NCBI GenBank assembly: GCA_963769935.1
Contig: CAVYNY010000011.1
Location: forward strand, 256,001 to 320,000
Length of the DNA stretch: 64,000 nucleotides
Source of the DNA: an uncultured delta proteobacterium
GTDB taxonomy: Bacteria; Desulfobacterota; Desulfobacteria; Desulfobacterales; JAFDCJ01
Direction: 5' to 3'
Shown piece after piece: positions 53,139 to 63,196 of this stretch (the first letter of the stretch is position 1; every line of letters begins with the position of its first letter). Under the pieces are notes generated by a model. The model saw nothing but the letters and a program-made list of their open reading frames with translations. It searched no databases and was not told the DNA's origin. The position numbers and the translations under genes were made by a program.

Positions 53139-53155
53139 AGGTTCCAGAATTTATT

Positions 53156-54604
53156 CTATGGTGTTGCGGGCCTTGGATCGGCCTTTTGAACGGCCATGTC
53201 CGCGGCGGCCGCAGACACGTCGGCCTTGACATTGACCTCCGGCTCCACCGACATGCCCGGTACCAATCGAAACTTGGCGAGCTCTTCGGGCCGGTCGAAA
53301 ACAATCTTCACCGGTATGCGCTGAACCACTTTGACGAAGTTGCCGGTGGCATTTTCCGGCGGCAGCAGGCTAAAGCGCGATCCGGTTCCCCGCTGAATGC
53401 TGTCCACCCGGCCATGGAACGTCTCGTCGGGATAGGTATCAACTGAAACCGTGACGGGTTGGCCCGGGCGCATATGCGTCAGCTGGGTTTCCTTGAAATT
53501 GGCCGTCACCCAGACATTGGGGCGCACAATCGCCATCAGGGACTGCCCCACCTGCACAAAAACGCCCGGCTCCACATTTTTCTTGGTTACGTGGCCGGCG
53601 GCCGGGGCATGGATTTTGGTATAGGAGAGGTTCAGGGTGGCTTGCTCGACTTCGGCCCGCGCTTTTTCGGCATCGGCCTTGGAGGCCTCGGCCCGGGAAC
53701 TGCTTTGGGCCACCTGCACGGGTGCGGATCGGGCGGACGTCAACCGGGCGTTGGCCTGTTCCAGCTGCGCCTGCCGGGCGGCTGCCTGGGCCTGCGCCTG
53801 ACGCACATTGTCCTCGGCCGCCTTCTGGGCCGCTTCGGCCCGCTGGAGCAAGGACTGCTGAGTCGCAATTTTGCTGCGGGCGGCATTCAGATCGGCTGCG
53901 GCCATGCGTTCGTCGGTTACGGCATGGTCCAGCTGTTGGGGACTGATGGTGTTGCTCCGGGCCATTTCCCGGTAGCGTTTTAAATCCAGGGAAGCTTGCT
54001 GATATTTGGCTTCCACGGCAAGTGTTTCGGCCTGAGCCTGGTCCAGCGCCGCCTTGGCAAAAGCTACCTGCGCCTGAGCTTCGCCTTGCTGGCTTTTGGC
54101 CGCGGCTGCCAGAGCCCGGGCGTTTTGCACCATAGCCGCAGCCGCTGTCACGGCCTGTTCGGCCTCGGCCAGGCCGGCCGCGGAGGTAATGGAGGTCAGG
54201 TTGACATCGATGTCCCGCGAGCGGCGGGCGGCCTCGGCTGCGTCCAGTGCGGCCCGGGCTGCGTCCAGCCGAGCCTGAAAATCACCCGGATCGAGTTCCA
54301 CCAGCAGGTCGCCGGCCGCAACCTGCTGGTTGTCGGTGACGTGGACCCGGGCCACATGACCCGAAACCCGGGGGCTGATGGAAACGATGTGACCATCGAT
54401 AAAGGCGTCGTCAGTGGATTCGTGGGAAATGGCATACAGGTAGTAGGGAATTCCCACCGCCAGGCCTACCACGGCCAGACCGGCGGCAACCAATGCCAGG
54501 ACGCGGCGGCGGGGTCCCTTGCGCCGGGTTTCATCGCCTTGGGTTGCCTGCTGCGGCTCAATTGCGGAGTCTGTTTTTCCCTGAGAAGTTCTTGATTGTG
54601 CCAT
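53156..54604 (-). CDS. HlyD/EmrA-family membrane fusion protein
   Basis: STDDAF, ANFKETQL, PPENATGNFVKVVQR. Confidence 0.93.
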   Translation of the reverse strand: MAQSRTSQGKTDSAIEPQQATQGDETRRKGPRRRVLALVAAGLAVVGLAVGIPYYLYAISHESTDDAFIDGHIVSISPRVSGHVARVHVTDNQQVAAGDLLVELDPGDFQARLDAARAALDAAEAARRSRDIDVNLTSITSAAGLAEAEQAVTAAAAMVQNARALAAAAKSQQGEAQAQVAFAKAALDQAQAETLAVEAKYQQASLDLKRYREMARSNTISPQQLDHAVTDERMAAADLNAARSKIATQQSLLQRAEAAQKAAEDNVRQAQAQAAARQAQLEQANARLTSARSAPVQVAQSSSRAEASKADAEKARAEVEQATLNLSYTKIHAPAAGHVTKKNVEPGVFVQVGQSLMAIVRPNVWVTANFKETQLTHMRPGQPVTVSVDTYPDETFHGRVDSIQRGTGSRFSLLPPENATGNFVKVVQRIPVKIVFDRPEELAKFRLVPGMSVEPEVNVKADVSAAAADMAVQKADPRPATP

Positions 54605-54664
54605 AATCTGCTCATTTTCAGTTGGTTGCCATACGGCGTGCCGATGCCGAACCTGCGCCGGGCT

Positions 54665-56131
54665 TCACGGCGGATTCGGTGCGCCGGCTATCGTATCCGG
54701 CCCCGCATCCCGGACCGCAGGGTCCCCGCCGTCGGACGGCGGCAAGGGCGTCAGATCGATATCGAGCAGGCCCGCCGCGCGCAATAGTCGCAGGTAGTCC
54801 ACGATGTGATTGAACTGTTCTTCGGTCAGAGCCAGTTCAGCAGACAAAAATTGATCCTGGGCGATGAGACGCTCCAAGTTGGTGCCAAGTCCCGCCCTAT
54901 AGGCCGCATCGGCCTGGCGCAAAGCCTCCCGGGCTGCTGCCTGGCGAATGCCCAGCTGGTCGATCTGCTGCACGTTGGCGATGAGGTTTTCCACAGCCAC
55001 GCGCAGCTCTCGGAGAATTGTGCGGCGTAGCCCGGATTCGGCCAGATTAGCCTGACGCAGGCGGGAGTATGCCGTTCGGACATCGGCGTGCACCAGACCC
55101 GCTGAAAAAATCGGCAGATCGACTTGAATCAACCCTGTCCAGTCCACGTCGTCCGGAAAGCTTTCGCGATAGAGGTAGCGCGTCAAGTTCAGCGACACCG
55201 ATGGGAAATACTCCCCCCAGGCGGCTTCCAGCCGCTCGGCGGCCGCTTTAACCTGCATCCGGGCGGCCTGCAGGTCCTGGCGGTGCGCGTCGGCCAGCGG
55301 CAGCAGTTGATCGGCGGGTCGGTTCTCGCGTGGGACCTCTAGCCTGCCCGTCAGAGCGCCTTCCACGGCCGGGACGCCTATCAGTTGGGCCAGCATGGCC
55401 CGCCCATTGCGCACATCGTTGCGGGCCCGGATCAGGACATTGCGGGTTCCGGCCAGCTGAGCCTCACTCTGGGCCACATCCACGGGACGGGCCACACCCG
55501 CCCGGCGCTGCACATCCATATCGTTCACCCGCTGCTGCTGCACCTGCACCGAGTTTTCCAAGACCTGGACCTGCTTTTCAGATCGCATCACCTGGTAGTA
55601 GGTCTGGGCGACGTCCAGCAGGAGGATGGCTTGGCGATCCAGCAAAAGGTACCGCCGTTGTTCGGCCGAAGAGGCAGCGGCCCACAGAGCGGGCGCATCC
55701 TGAAAAGGGCTTACGTTCAGATTGCCCTGCAGCGGTGCATCCAGCGTTTTCGTGCGCAGAATGCTGGAGACCAGGGAATTGGTGCCGCCCAAAGATGACG
55801 CTTCCTGACGCATATAACTGGGGGCAAAATGAATCGTGGGCAGAAAACGCGCAAACGCGCGGTCCTTCTCGATCAGCGCCTGCAGATAGTATTCGCCGGA
55901 CTCGGCCAATTGCTCGTTGTTGGCGTTGGCCAGCACCACAGCACGCTTCAGGGTCACGGACTCGCCCGCAGAAAAGGGTGCCGGCGGCTGGGTTTGACCG
56001 GCATCCAGCACCTTTCTGTAGGTTTGCACCTCCCGGGCCTGGTCCACGGCACAGCCGGCCGCCAGCAAAAGCGCTATTCCCGCCAGCCATGCCAAACCGT
56101 TACGATTCAACCTTTTTTCCTCCTGATACAA
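54665..56131 (-). CDS. TolC-family outer membrane lipoprotein
   Basis: Lipobox LAAGC; OEP repeats; in the efflux operon. Confidence 0.87.
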   Translation of the reverse strand: MYQEEKRLNRNGLAWLAGIALLLAAGCAVDQAREVQTYRKVLDAGQTQPPAPFSAGESVTLKRAVVLANANNEQLAESGEYYLQALIEKDRAFARFLPTIHFAPSYMRQEASSLGGTNSLVSSILRTKTLDAPLQGNLNVSPFQDAPALWAAASSAEQRRYLLLDRQAILLLDVAQTYYQVMRSEKQVQVLENSVQVQQQRVNDMDVQRRAGVARPVDVAQSEAQLAGTRNVLIRARNDVRNGRAMLAQLIGVPAVEGALTGRLEVPRENRPADQLLPLADAHRQDLQAARMQVKAAAERLEAAWGEYFPSVSLNLTRYLYRESFPDDVDWTGLIQVDLPIFSAGLVHADVRTAYSRLRQANLAESGLRRTILRELRVAVENLIANVQQIDQLGIRQAAAREALRQADAAYRAGLGTNLERLIAQDQFLSAELALTEEQFNHIVDYLRLLRAAGLLDIDLTPLPPSDGGDPAVRDAGPDTIAGAPNPP

Positions 56132-56228
56132 TATCCCAAAAGCCCCGCAACGCCATCTCCATTCGCGACCGATTCAGACAAGCCTGCCATCAACAGTTAG
56201 AGGCAATGGTTTTTTCCGGTAGCCGGCT

Positions 56229-56852
56229 TCACCGGGAGCCGCTTCGCATCCTCCTCTGCTGCACGGACGTCCACTTGTTCCGGTGCACCAAGCCTGCCCG
56301 GACAAAGCCGAGAATATGTTCGGTCAGCGTCTGGGAATCGATGCTTTGGTAACCCTCCATCAATACGGAACGTACCAAGCCGGGAATGAAGCGCGCGGTC
56401 AACTCAGGGCGGGGATCGATGAACTCGCCGCCGGCGATGCCGCTGCGGATGATGGATTCGATAAGGACCCTTAGCTCGTTGCGTTTGCCGTCCCACTGAG
56501 CATTGTTGATGACACTGCCCCAAGGCACGCTGCGCATTAATTCGAACATATGGGGGTTCTGATAAGCGAATTCTACCATCTCGCGAATCGCGGCCTCCAG
56601 ATTTTCCATTGGACCGAGCTGGTTTTGATTCAGTCGGCGCTGCATCCGTTCGACCAGTTGGGCGAAGCCGCTGTAAAGCACCGACAGGTAGAGGTCCTCC
56701 TTGTTTTTGAAGTAGATATAGAGTGTACCCTTGCCCACACCGGCCGCTTCGGCCACATCGCTCAGAAGGACCTTGTGGAAGGGATGAGCGGCAAACAACT
56801 CGACCGCCGCGGCCAGGATTTTCATCCGTTTTTGTTCGTCCAACACTTGCAT
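56229..56852 (-). CDS. TetR/AcrR-family regulator
   Basis: DVAEAAGVGKGTLYIYFKNKEDL helix-turn-helix. Confidence 0.92.
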   Translation of the reverse strand: MQVLDEQKRMKILAAAVELFAAHPFHKVLLSDVAEAAGVGKGTLYIYFKNKEDLYLSVLYSGFAQLVERMQRRLNQNQLGPMENLEAAIREMVEFAYQNPHMFELMRSVPWGSVINNAQWDGKRNELRVLIESIIRSGIAGGEFIDPRPELTARFIPGLVRSVLMEGYQSIDSQTLTEHILGFVRAGLVHRNKWTSVQQRRMRSGSR

Positions 56853-56892
56853 GGCGGATCTCACGGCAGGCAGTTCAGATACTCCCGCCCTC

Positions 56893-57567
56893 TTAGCCGC
56901 CGGCCCGAGGCGGCGGCGCATCATCGGCTTGTTCCATCAGGCGCTCGGTTAGGGCAACGATCATTGCTTCGGCGGCTTCAAAACCGATCCGGGAAATGTC
57001 GACGGTCAGGTGATAATTGCGCAGATCGTACCAGGAAACGCCGCAAATTTTTTGCACGTAGCGGCGGCGGTCGTTATCCGTGCGATCGATCATTTTTTTG
57101 GCCGCCGCCGGGTCCGGTGCGTGGTAAACCTGCATCACGCGTCCAATGCGAAAGTTGCGTTCGGCGTGAACGAATATGTTGATCAGCCCTGCCCGCCCTT
57201 TGAGGCGATGAAAGGCGCAGCGTCCCAGGATGACACAGGACCCCCGGGCCGCCAGCCTCAAGAGGACCCTGTGCTCGACCGCGATCAATTCATCGTCTGA
57301 AATCAGCCGCAGCGGCGGCGGGCTCTGGATGTCTTCGGGGCAGCCCGTGGCAAAGGTATGCAGGAGCTTGGTCCAGAAGCTCTGGGTGCGTTCTTCCCGC
57401 CGGACCAGTTCTGAGCCGCTGGTGTCCAGCTCTCGGGCGGCCTGCTCCAGGATTTGGTGATCCAGGTAGACAAAACCCAACCGGTGGGCTATCCGCTGGG
57501 CCAGATAGGATCCGCCGCTGCCCAACTGTCGAGCGATGGTGATATGAAAAGGCCGGTCGACAGCCAT
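56893..57567 (-). CDS. Cytidylate kinase-like family protein
   Basis: ITIARQLGSGG, CVILGR, YHLTVD; GGAGG RBS before ATG 57567. Confidence 0.85.
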   Translation of the reverse strand: MAVDRPFHITIARQLGSGGSYLAQRIAHRLGFVYLDHQILEQAARELDTSGSELVRREERTQSFWTKLLHTFATGCPEDIQSPPPLRLISDDELIAVEHRVLLRLAARGSCVILGRCAFHRLKGRAGLINIFVHAERNFRIGRVMQVYHAPDPAAAKKMIDRTDNDRRRYVQKICGVSWYDLRNYHLTVDISRIGFEAAEAMIVALTERLMEQADDAPPPRAGG

Positions 57568-57792
57568 GATGCGCCTCCGAAAAATTACAAACCGGTTTGC
57601 CGGTGTCCAGGCGTAAACGCCATCTTTAGGATCCAGGCCGGTGCTCGGGATGTTCTGAAGTCCTCGGCGCAGCGCTGCTATCCACCGCAGGCAGACGGGC
57701 CGGGCCGGAACACAAATCGGTGTTTTGCGGATGGACACGGCTTAAAAAAACAAAGGCAACCCACTCATTGGTGATTCCGCAAAGCCCCTGTG

Positions 57793-57837
57793 AATACTGA
57801 CCAGCCGGTATTACATGAATCAGCTATCCACTGTCAA
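57793..57837 (-). promoter_or_regulatory. Putative promoter with an overlapping TetR-type operator for the efflux operon
   Basis: Minus strand TTGACA-N16-TGTAAT; imperfect palindrome AATACTGACCAGCCGGTATT overlapping -10/+1. Confidence 0.5.
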
Positions 57838-58342
57838 GCCATTTCTGCCGTCTGATGGGTGCCGACCCGCACGTACCGTACCATCGTAGCGATCTACGAA
57901 CGCCCCCGTATCGGCTATTTTCTTAGGCTTTTCTGCCTTATCGGCGGGTCTGTCCGGGTGAAGGTCGGCCAAGGACCGACATGTAAGTTGTGAATCGAAT
58001 TCGGCCACCGCTCAATATATGGAAATTCAGATAAACGCCGCGGCCAGCACCCAAATAACCAAAGCGGCTTTTATTGTCAATATTGATTTTTTGCGCGCAC
58101 CTATGGTATTTGCATATATCGCAACTCATAAAAAAACGGTTCTAAAGACCAAAACAAGGCAATCTTTGTCCGAAGATTTAAATTTCAATTATTTTCGGGT
58201 AATGGAGTGATGGAGTAATGGCTAAAGGATTGTTATTTTTTTTCAATACTCCAGCACTCCCAGATCGAGACTTTCAAAAACTTCTCGCAATGTTAAATCA
58301 CTTTAATTTTATTACTAGTTTTGAAAAGTTATATTCCTCATC

Positions 58343-60885
58343 GTGAAACATCTGAACCCAGATATCCTGCAGCGCGGCCTTCCCGTAGAAGCAGTCCTGG
58401 CGGATTTGCAAAATACTCTGACCGGCAACCCCTGTGCCGTGCTGCAGGCTCCGCCCGGGGCCGGCAAGACAACCGGCATTCCCCTGCACCTGCTCAAGGC
58501 CTCCTGGCTGGAGGAGCGTAAAATCATATTGCTGGCTCCCCGCCGGCTGGCCGCCCGGGCTGCTGCCATACGCATGGCCGACCTTCTCAAGGAAAAAGTC
58601 GGGCAGACGGTCGGCTATCGTGTGCGCCTGGACAGCCGCGTCAGTGCTGCAACCCGCATCGAAGTGGTCACCGAAGGTGTGTTGACGCGAATGCTGCAAA
58701 GTGATCCCTCTTTGGAAGGGGTCGGGTTGGTAATTTTTGATGAGTTTCATGAGCGCAGCCTGGATGCCGATCTGGGATTGGCTTTGTGTCTGGATATGCA
58801 GGGGGTGCTGAATAAAAAGTTGCGGCTGCTGATCATGTCCGCCACCATTGAAACCGAACCGCTGGCTGCCCTGCTGGAAGGCGCCCCGGTGATCGCCTGT
58901 CCGGGCAAAGCGTTTCCGGTTGAAACCCGTTATGTGGGATTGCACACGCCTGTTTTTTCCGGCGAAGCCCTGCGCAATGTTGTGCTGTCCGCGGCCCGCC
59001 ATGAGCCGGGCAGTATTCTGGTGTTTTTACCCGGCGCTGCGGAGATCCGTCAGTTGGCCCGGTTGCTGGAGGCAGCCCTGCCGGGTCCGGATTGGATCAT
59101 TGCCCCACTCTTCGGGAACCTGTCACGCAGCGAACAGGACCGGGCCATTGCACCGCCGCCCGACGGAAAGCGCAAAATCGTCTTGGCCACATCCATCGCT
59201 GAAACCAGTTTGACCATAGAGGACATCCGGGTGGTGGTGGACAGCGGCCTGCAGCGGGTCCCCCGTTTTGATGTGCGCAGCGGGTTGACCCGTCTGATCA
59301 CGCTGCCGGTATCGCGGGCTTCGGCGGACCAGCGGCGGGGGCGGTCCGGGCGAACCGGTCCGGGTGTCTGCCTGCGCCTGTGGTCCCGCAGAATGCATTA
59401 CACACTGCCCGCCGCCCACCGGCCCGAAATTCTCGAGGCCGACCTGGCCGGCCTGGCTCTGGAACTGGCTATCTGGGGTGTGGATGATCCCAACGGTTTA
59501 CGCTGGCTTGATCCGCCGCCTGCCGACACCTTTGACAGCGCCCGCCGATTACTCCGTTCGCTTGAAGCGCTGGACGCCGATGGCCGGGCTACCGATCACG
59601 GGCGGCAGATGGCGGCTTTGCCTTTGCACCCAAGGTTGGCCCACATGCTGGTTGCTGCGAAAGGCCGGGGTCAGGGGGGCGTCGCCTGCGATCTGGCAGC
59701 CTTGCTCAGCGAACGCGACGTGGTCCGTTTTGAACCTGGACGTTCCGATGCCGACATGCGCATTCGCTTCGATCTGCTGCAGGCCTTGCGCAACAAACAA
59801 GCACTGGCCTATCCGGGCGCCACCGTCGATTTTTCCGCCGTTTGCCGGGTACTCCATACGGCAGATAATTTGCGCAGGCGCCTGGGCTGCAAGCGTGGGT
59901 GAAAATGAGGCGCATCCATCGGCCGTTTATTGGCCTGGGCATATCCGGACCGCATTGCCCGCCGTCGTGCAGACGGGCGGGGCCGATTTTTGCTGGCTAA
60001 TGGCCGGGGGGCGTATCTTGATCCTGTTGATGCACTGGCGGCCGAGCAATTTCTGATTGCGGTGGAACTGGACGGTGATCGCCGCAACGCACGAATTTAC
60101 AGAGCCGCGGCCGAGCAGTCATGGATAATCTCATGGAGCAGTTCAAGGATCAGATCCACCCGGTGGAGGCAATTGAGTGGGATGCGGAGCGCCGGATTGT
60201 TGCCGCCCGGCGCGATCTGAAACTGGACGCGCTGACGTTGCGCAGCGATCCGCTTGCGTCTCCCGACGCGCAGCAGGTTTTGGCGGCGCTGTTAAAAGGC
60301 ATCCGGCAGGAGGGGCTCGCGTGTTTGCCGTGGGCCCGGGCCCTGCGGCAGTGGCAGCAACGAGTTTGCTTTTTACGGCGGCTGGCCGAAGATCGGCAGC
60401 AGTGGCCGGATGTCTCGAACGATGGCCTGGCCGCAAACCTGTCGCAATGGCTGGCCCCTTACCTGACCGGAATTACCCGGCTGCGTGATCTGGCCCGGAT
60501 CGACTTAAAAAAAGCGCTGTTCAGCATGCTGCCCTATCGGCAGCATAAACTGCTCGATGAATTGGCCCCCACGCACCTGGCGGTGCCGAGCGGTTCACGG
60601 ATTCCCATTGACTACTCGGGCGATGTACCCGTGCTGGCCGTGCGTCTGCAGGAGATGTTCGGCCTCGTCAAGACGCCGGCGGTGGCCGGCGGCCGTCAGC
60701 CGCTGCTGATCCATCTGCTTTCGCCGGCCGGCCGGCCGGTGCAGATCACACAGGATCTGGCGGGCTTCTGGCAGACCGGCTATCCCGAAGTCAAAAAAGA
60801 ACTCAAAGGCCGCTATCCCAAACACTATTGGCCGGACGATCCCCTGCAGGCGCAGGCGACCGCGCGGGTGAGGCCGCGGGGGTGA
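58343..60885 (+). CDS. hrpB: ATP-dependent helicase HrpB, interrupted by two in-frame TGA (59900, 59906) and a frameshift near 60115
   Basis: APPGAGKTT, DEFHER, MSAT, QRRGRSGR, AYPDRIA, RLQEMFG, LKGRYPKHYWPDDP across three ORFs. Confidence 0.9.
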
Positions 60886-61567
60886 GGCCGCGGGGGAGCG
60901 CCTGAATCTTACCCGAGTCATAGCCTTTGACGTGCAGTCACTGAAACTTGGGTCGGACCAAAGAAATTCTTGGCCAGGTGCACGGCGGTCTGATTCGTAA
61001 CGATGCAGCAATAATTATTTAGACAATGAATGGATCCGATTATAATTTTTATTTATAGACAGGATCTAACGGATTTATTGGATTTTTTTTGTTCTTTGTT
61101 TCCGGACTTGCCGCGCCATAGTGCTGTACTACCTGGAGGACGGCGGGATGAACCAAAGAATACCCAATTGCCTTTGGCAAAGCATCCTGCGATGTATGAT
61201 ATGAATTTGTCGGGCGCTGCCTGTCATTTTCCTGTTTTGTCTGATTTTACAGGCACCGCCTGTAGAATAAGGCATGAGCCTAAACAAGTGCTTTATAAGG
61301 CCTTAGAATGCTTTTTTACCGGCGAAAAGATACATTAATCTATGAAAATTCTTGACGAATTTTTAGATAGTAATTAAGCTGACAGGTGTTTTGTCCGAAC
61401 TGAGACGTATCACGCCGGAAGCCAGGGTCTGCTATTCGAAGTTCCATTCACTTCCCAAACCCAAAAGATAGGACGTGACTGGCGGTTCAGAAGGAAACAT
61501 TGATCGATGGCGGAAAGAGACGAGACCTAATGAGGGGTTTTTAAGGGATTCATTAAGGAGAGAATCA

Positions 61568-61864
61568 ATGAAAACAAAGGAACCTGCGACCCTTCTGCAG
61601 GAGAACCTTGCAGTTCTTATGGACCATCACGTCAAAGCCCTTTATCTATTCGGATCAGTTGTTCGCGGCGAGGACAGGCCTGGAAGCGACGTGGACATCC
61701 TGGTTGAATTCCAACCCGAGGCACGGGTAGGCCTGTTCGGCCTGGCCAGGTTACAGCGACGGTTAGCGGAAATCCTTGGCAGACCCGTGGATCTGACGAC
61801 GCCGGACGCTCTACACAAAGCTCTGAAAGATAGAATAATCAAGGAGGCTGTTCGTGCCGCATAG
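61568..61864 (+). CDS. Minimal nucleotidyltransferase (MNT) antitoxin
   Basis: LFGSVVRGE...SDVDILVEF, GRPVDL; AAGGAG RBS. Confidence 0.9.
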   Translation: MKTKEPATLLQENLAVLMDHHVKALYLFGSVVRGEDRPGSDVDILVEFQPEARVGLFGLARLQRRLAEILGRPVDLTTPDALHKALKDRIIKEAVRAA

Positions 61865-62002
61865 AGAATGGAAATTTCGGATTCAAGACATATTGGACGC
61901 CATCCGCGCCATTCGGAAATACACAAAAGGGATGGAATTCAAAACCTTCGTCTATGATCGGAGAACAGTGGATGCAGTGGTGCAAACTTGATTATCATTT
62001 GA
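61854..62002 (+). pseudogene. Truncated HEPN/DUF86 toxin
   Basis: MPHREWKFRIQDILDAI...TVDAVV then frameshift/stop; overlaps the MNT stop; RxxxxH part missing. Confidence 0.8.
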
Positions 62003-62099
62003 TAATAATTTGACACCTGGGTAGAACCTGCTATCATAAAGGCGTCCTATCTTTATAAAAGAGAATCACGGTTGGCTGAAGTCACATAGCTTAGAAAAT

Positions 62100-62654
62100 G
62101 TGGAAGATATTATAGCAGGTTTTTACAGAGACTGCATACGTTTGAATCATTCGATAGCTTCAACTTTTTTCATTATTGACGTTGCAGAAAGTCTTAAGCT
62201 GTCAGGGGTATTGAGCCAGCAGCTGTACGTGGCATTTCAGTTAGCTGCAGAGGCTTGCATGATCCATGACATGACAGAAAACGGAAAATGGACCCATCTT
62301 GATACGAATGATAAAGAGAACGATCACTTTATTGATTGCCGTGATCATGAAAATATCCCCCTTGCCATGTTACTTATCCTTTCTGACGAACTTTCGATTT
62401 GGAGTAGACCTATGTTCGGCAAACCGCAAGTAAGGGATCTCGATTCCGGTATTACACAGTTTTCACACAATGAACGTGCCGCAGCGATTGAGCTATCCAT
62501 CAGTGAAGCTAAATCAAGATTCTGGATTCGTATTGCCGCTGATAAAAATAGGGAGCCGCTTGAAAAGAAATTGAAGAATTTAAAATGTTTCAGAAGAAAA
62601 GGAGCAAAAAGGAATAGCTCTTTTGTTTTAGGTTATGCTTTGGATGTGAGATAG
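62100..62654 (+). pseudogene. Probable C-terminal fragment of an HD-like phosphohydrolase protein (AT-rich)
   Basis: NHSIAS, IHD, PLAMLLILSDEL..W.R motifs; no N-terminal part. Confidence 0.4.
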
Positions 62655-62697
62655 CATTCTCCTTAAGCGCCTCTAAACAGACACAATAGGATATTAT

Positions 62698-63111
62698 GGG
62701 ACGTTCCTCGGATCTCGGATCCGTCCTCTTCCAAAAGCTTCAATCAGTGATCCTCGACGATTTGCCATCCTCTCTCGCGGATTCGCTCGCCATCGAGGAC
62801 GCGATGTTTAATTTTTTCGATATTGAGACCGCGCTCATCTCTAGTTCTCCCGCCCTCCAAATAACATAGCAGGCTCCGGACCTGTACCATTCTTCGTTGC
62901 TTTCCGCCTGTCAATAACTCCTTGAAAGTAAGACCGAATAAACCGAAAAATCATCACGGTCAGCATCATCTAAAAAGATCTTTCTTCGATTAATCTCCCT
63001 CACAATGATATGGTGCAGCGCTCCAAGGGCGTCTATACGGGCTTTTCGAGGCATGCCATTCAGGTATCAAATAATTCGGATTTGGTAAACCGTAAATCCG
63101 AGGAACGTCCC
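62698..63111 (-). mobile_element. Internally deleted Y1/REP-associated tyrosine transposase element with 16-bp inverted repeats
   Basis: GGGACGTTCCTCGGAT / ATCCGAGGAACGTCCC; minus-strand ATG 63054 MPRKARIDALGALHHIIVR...IFLDDADRDDF joined to a C-terminal HTH-like piece. Confidence 0.75.
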
Positions 63112-63196
63112 TTAAAGCCTATAGCCCGCGGCCTTCGCAAGAAAAGCGTCAAGTTCGGCCTGGGTTAGACGTCGCTGCGGTTTAGTTTTCACAGAA

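Noticed and set aside
59900..59908. Two in-frame TGA codons in hrpB as possible selenocysteine recoding
   Set aside because: They fall in a variable linker with no Cys/redox context and I saw no SECIS-like hairpin; a +1/-1 indel pair explains them, and another frameshift lies 200 nt downstream
61381..61560. Possible c-di-GMP riboswitch upstream of MNT (GGAAGCCAGGGTC)
   Set aside because: Could not build the P2 stem with a GNRA tetraloop; similarity is limited to a short word
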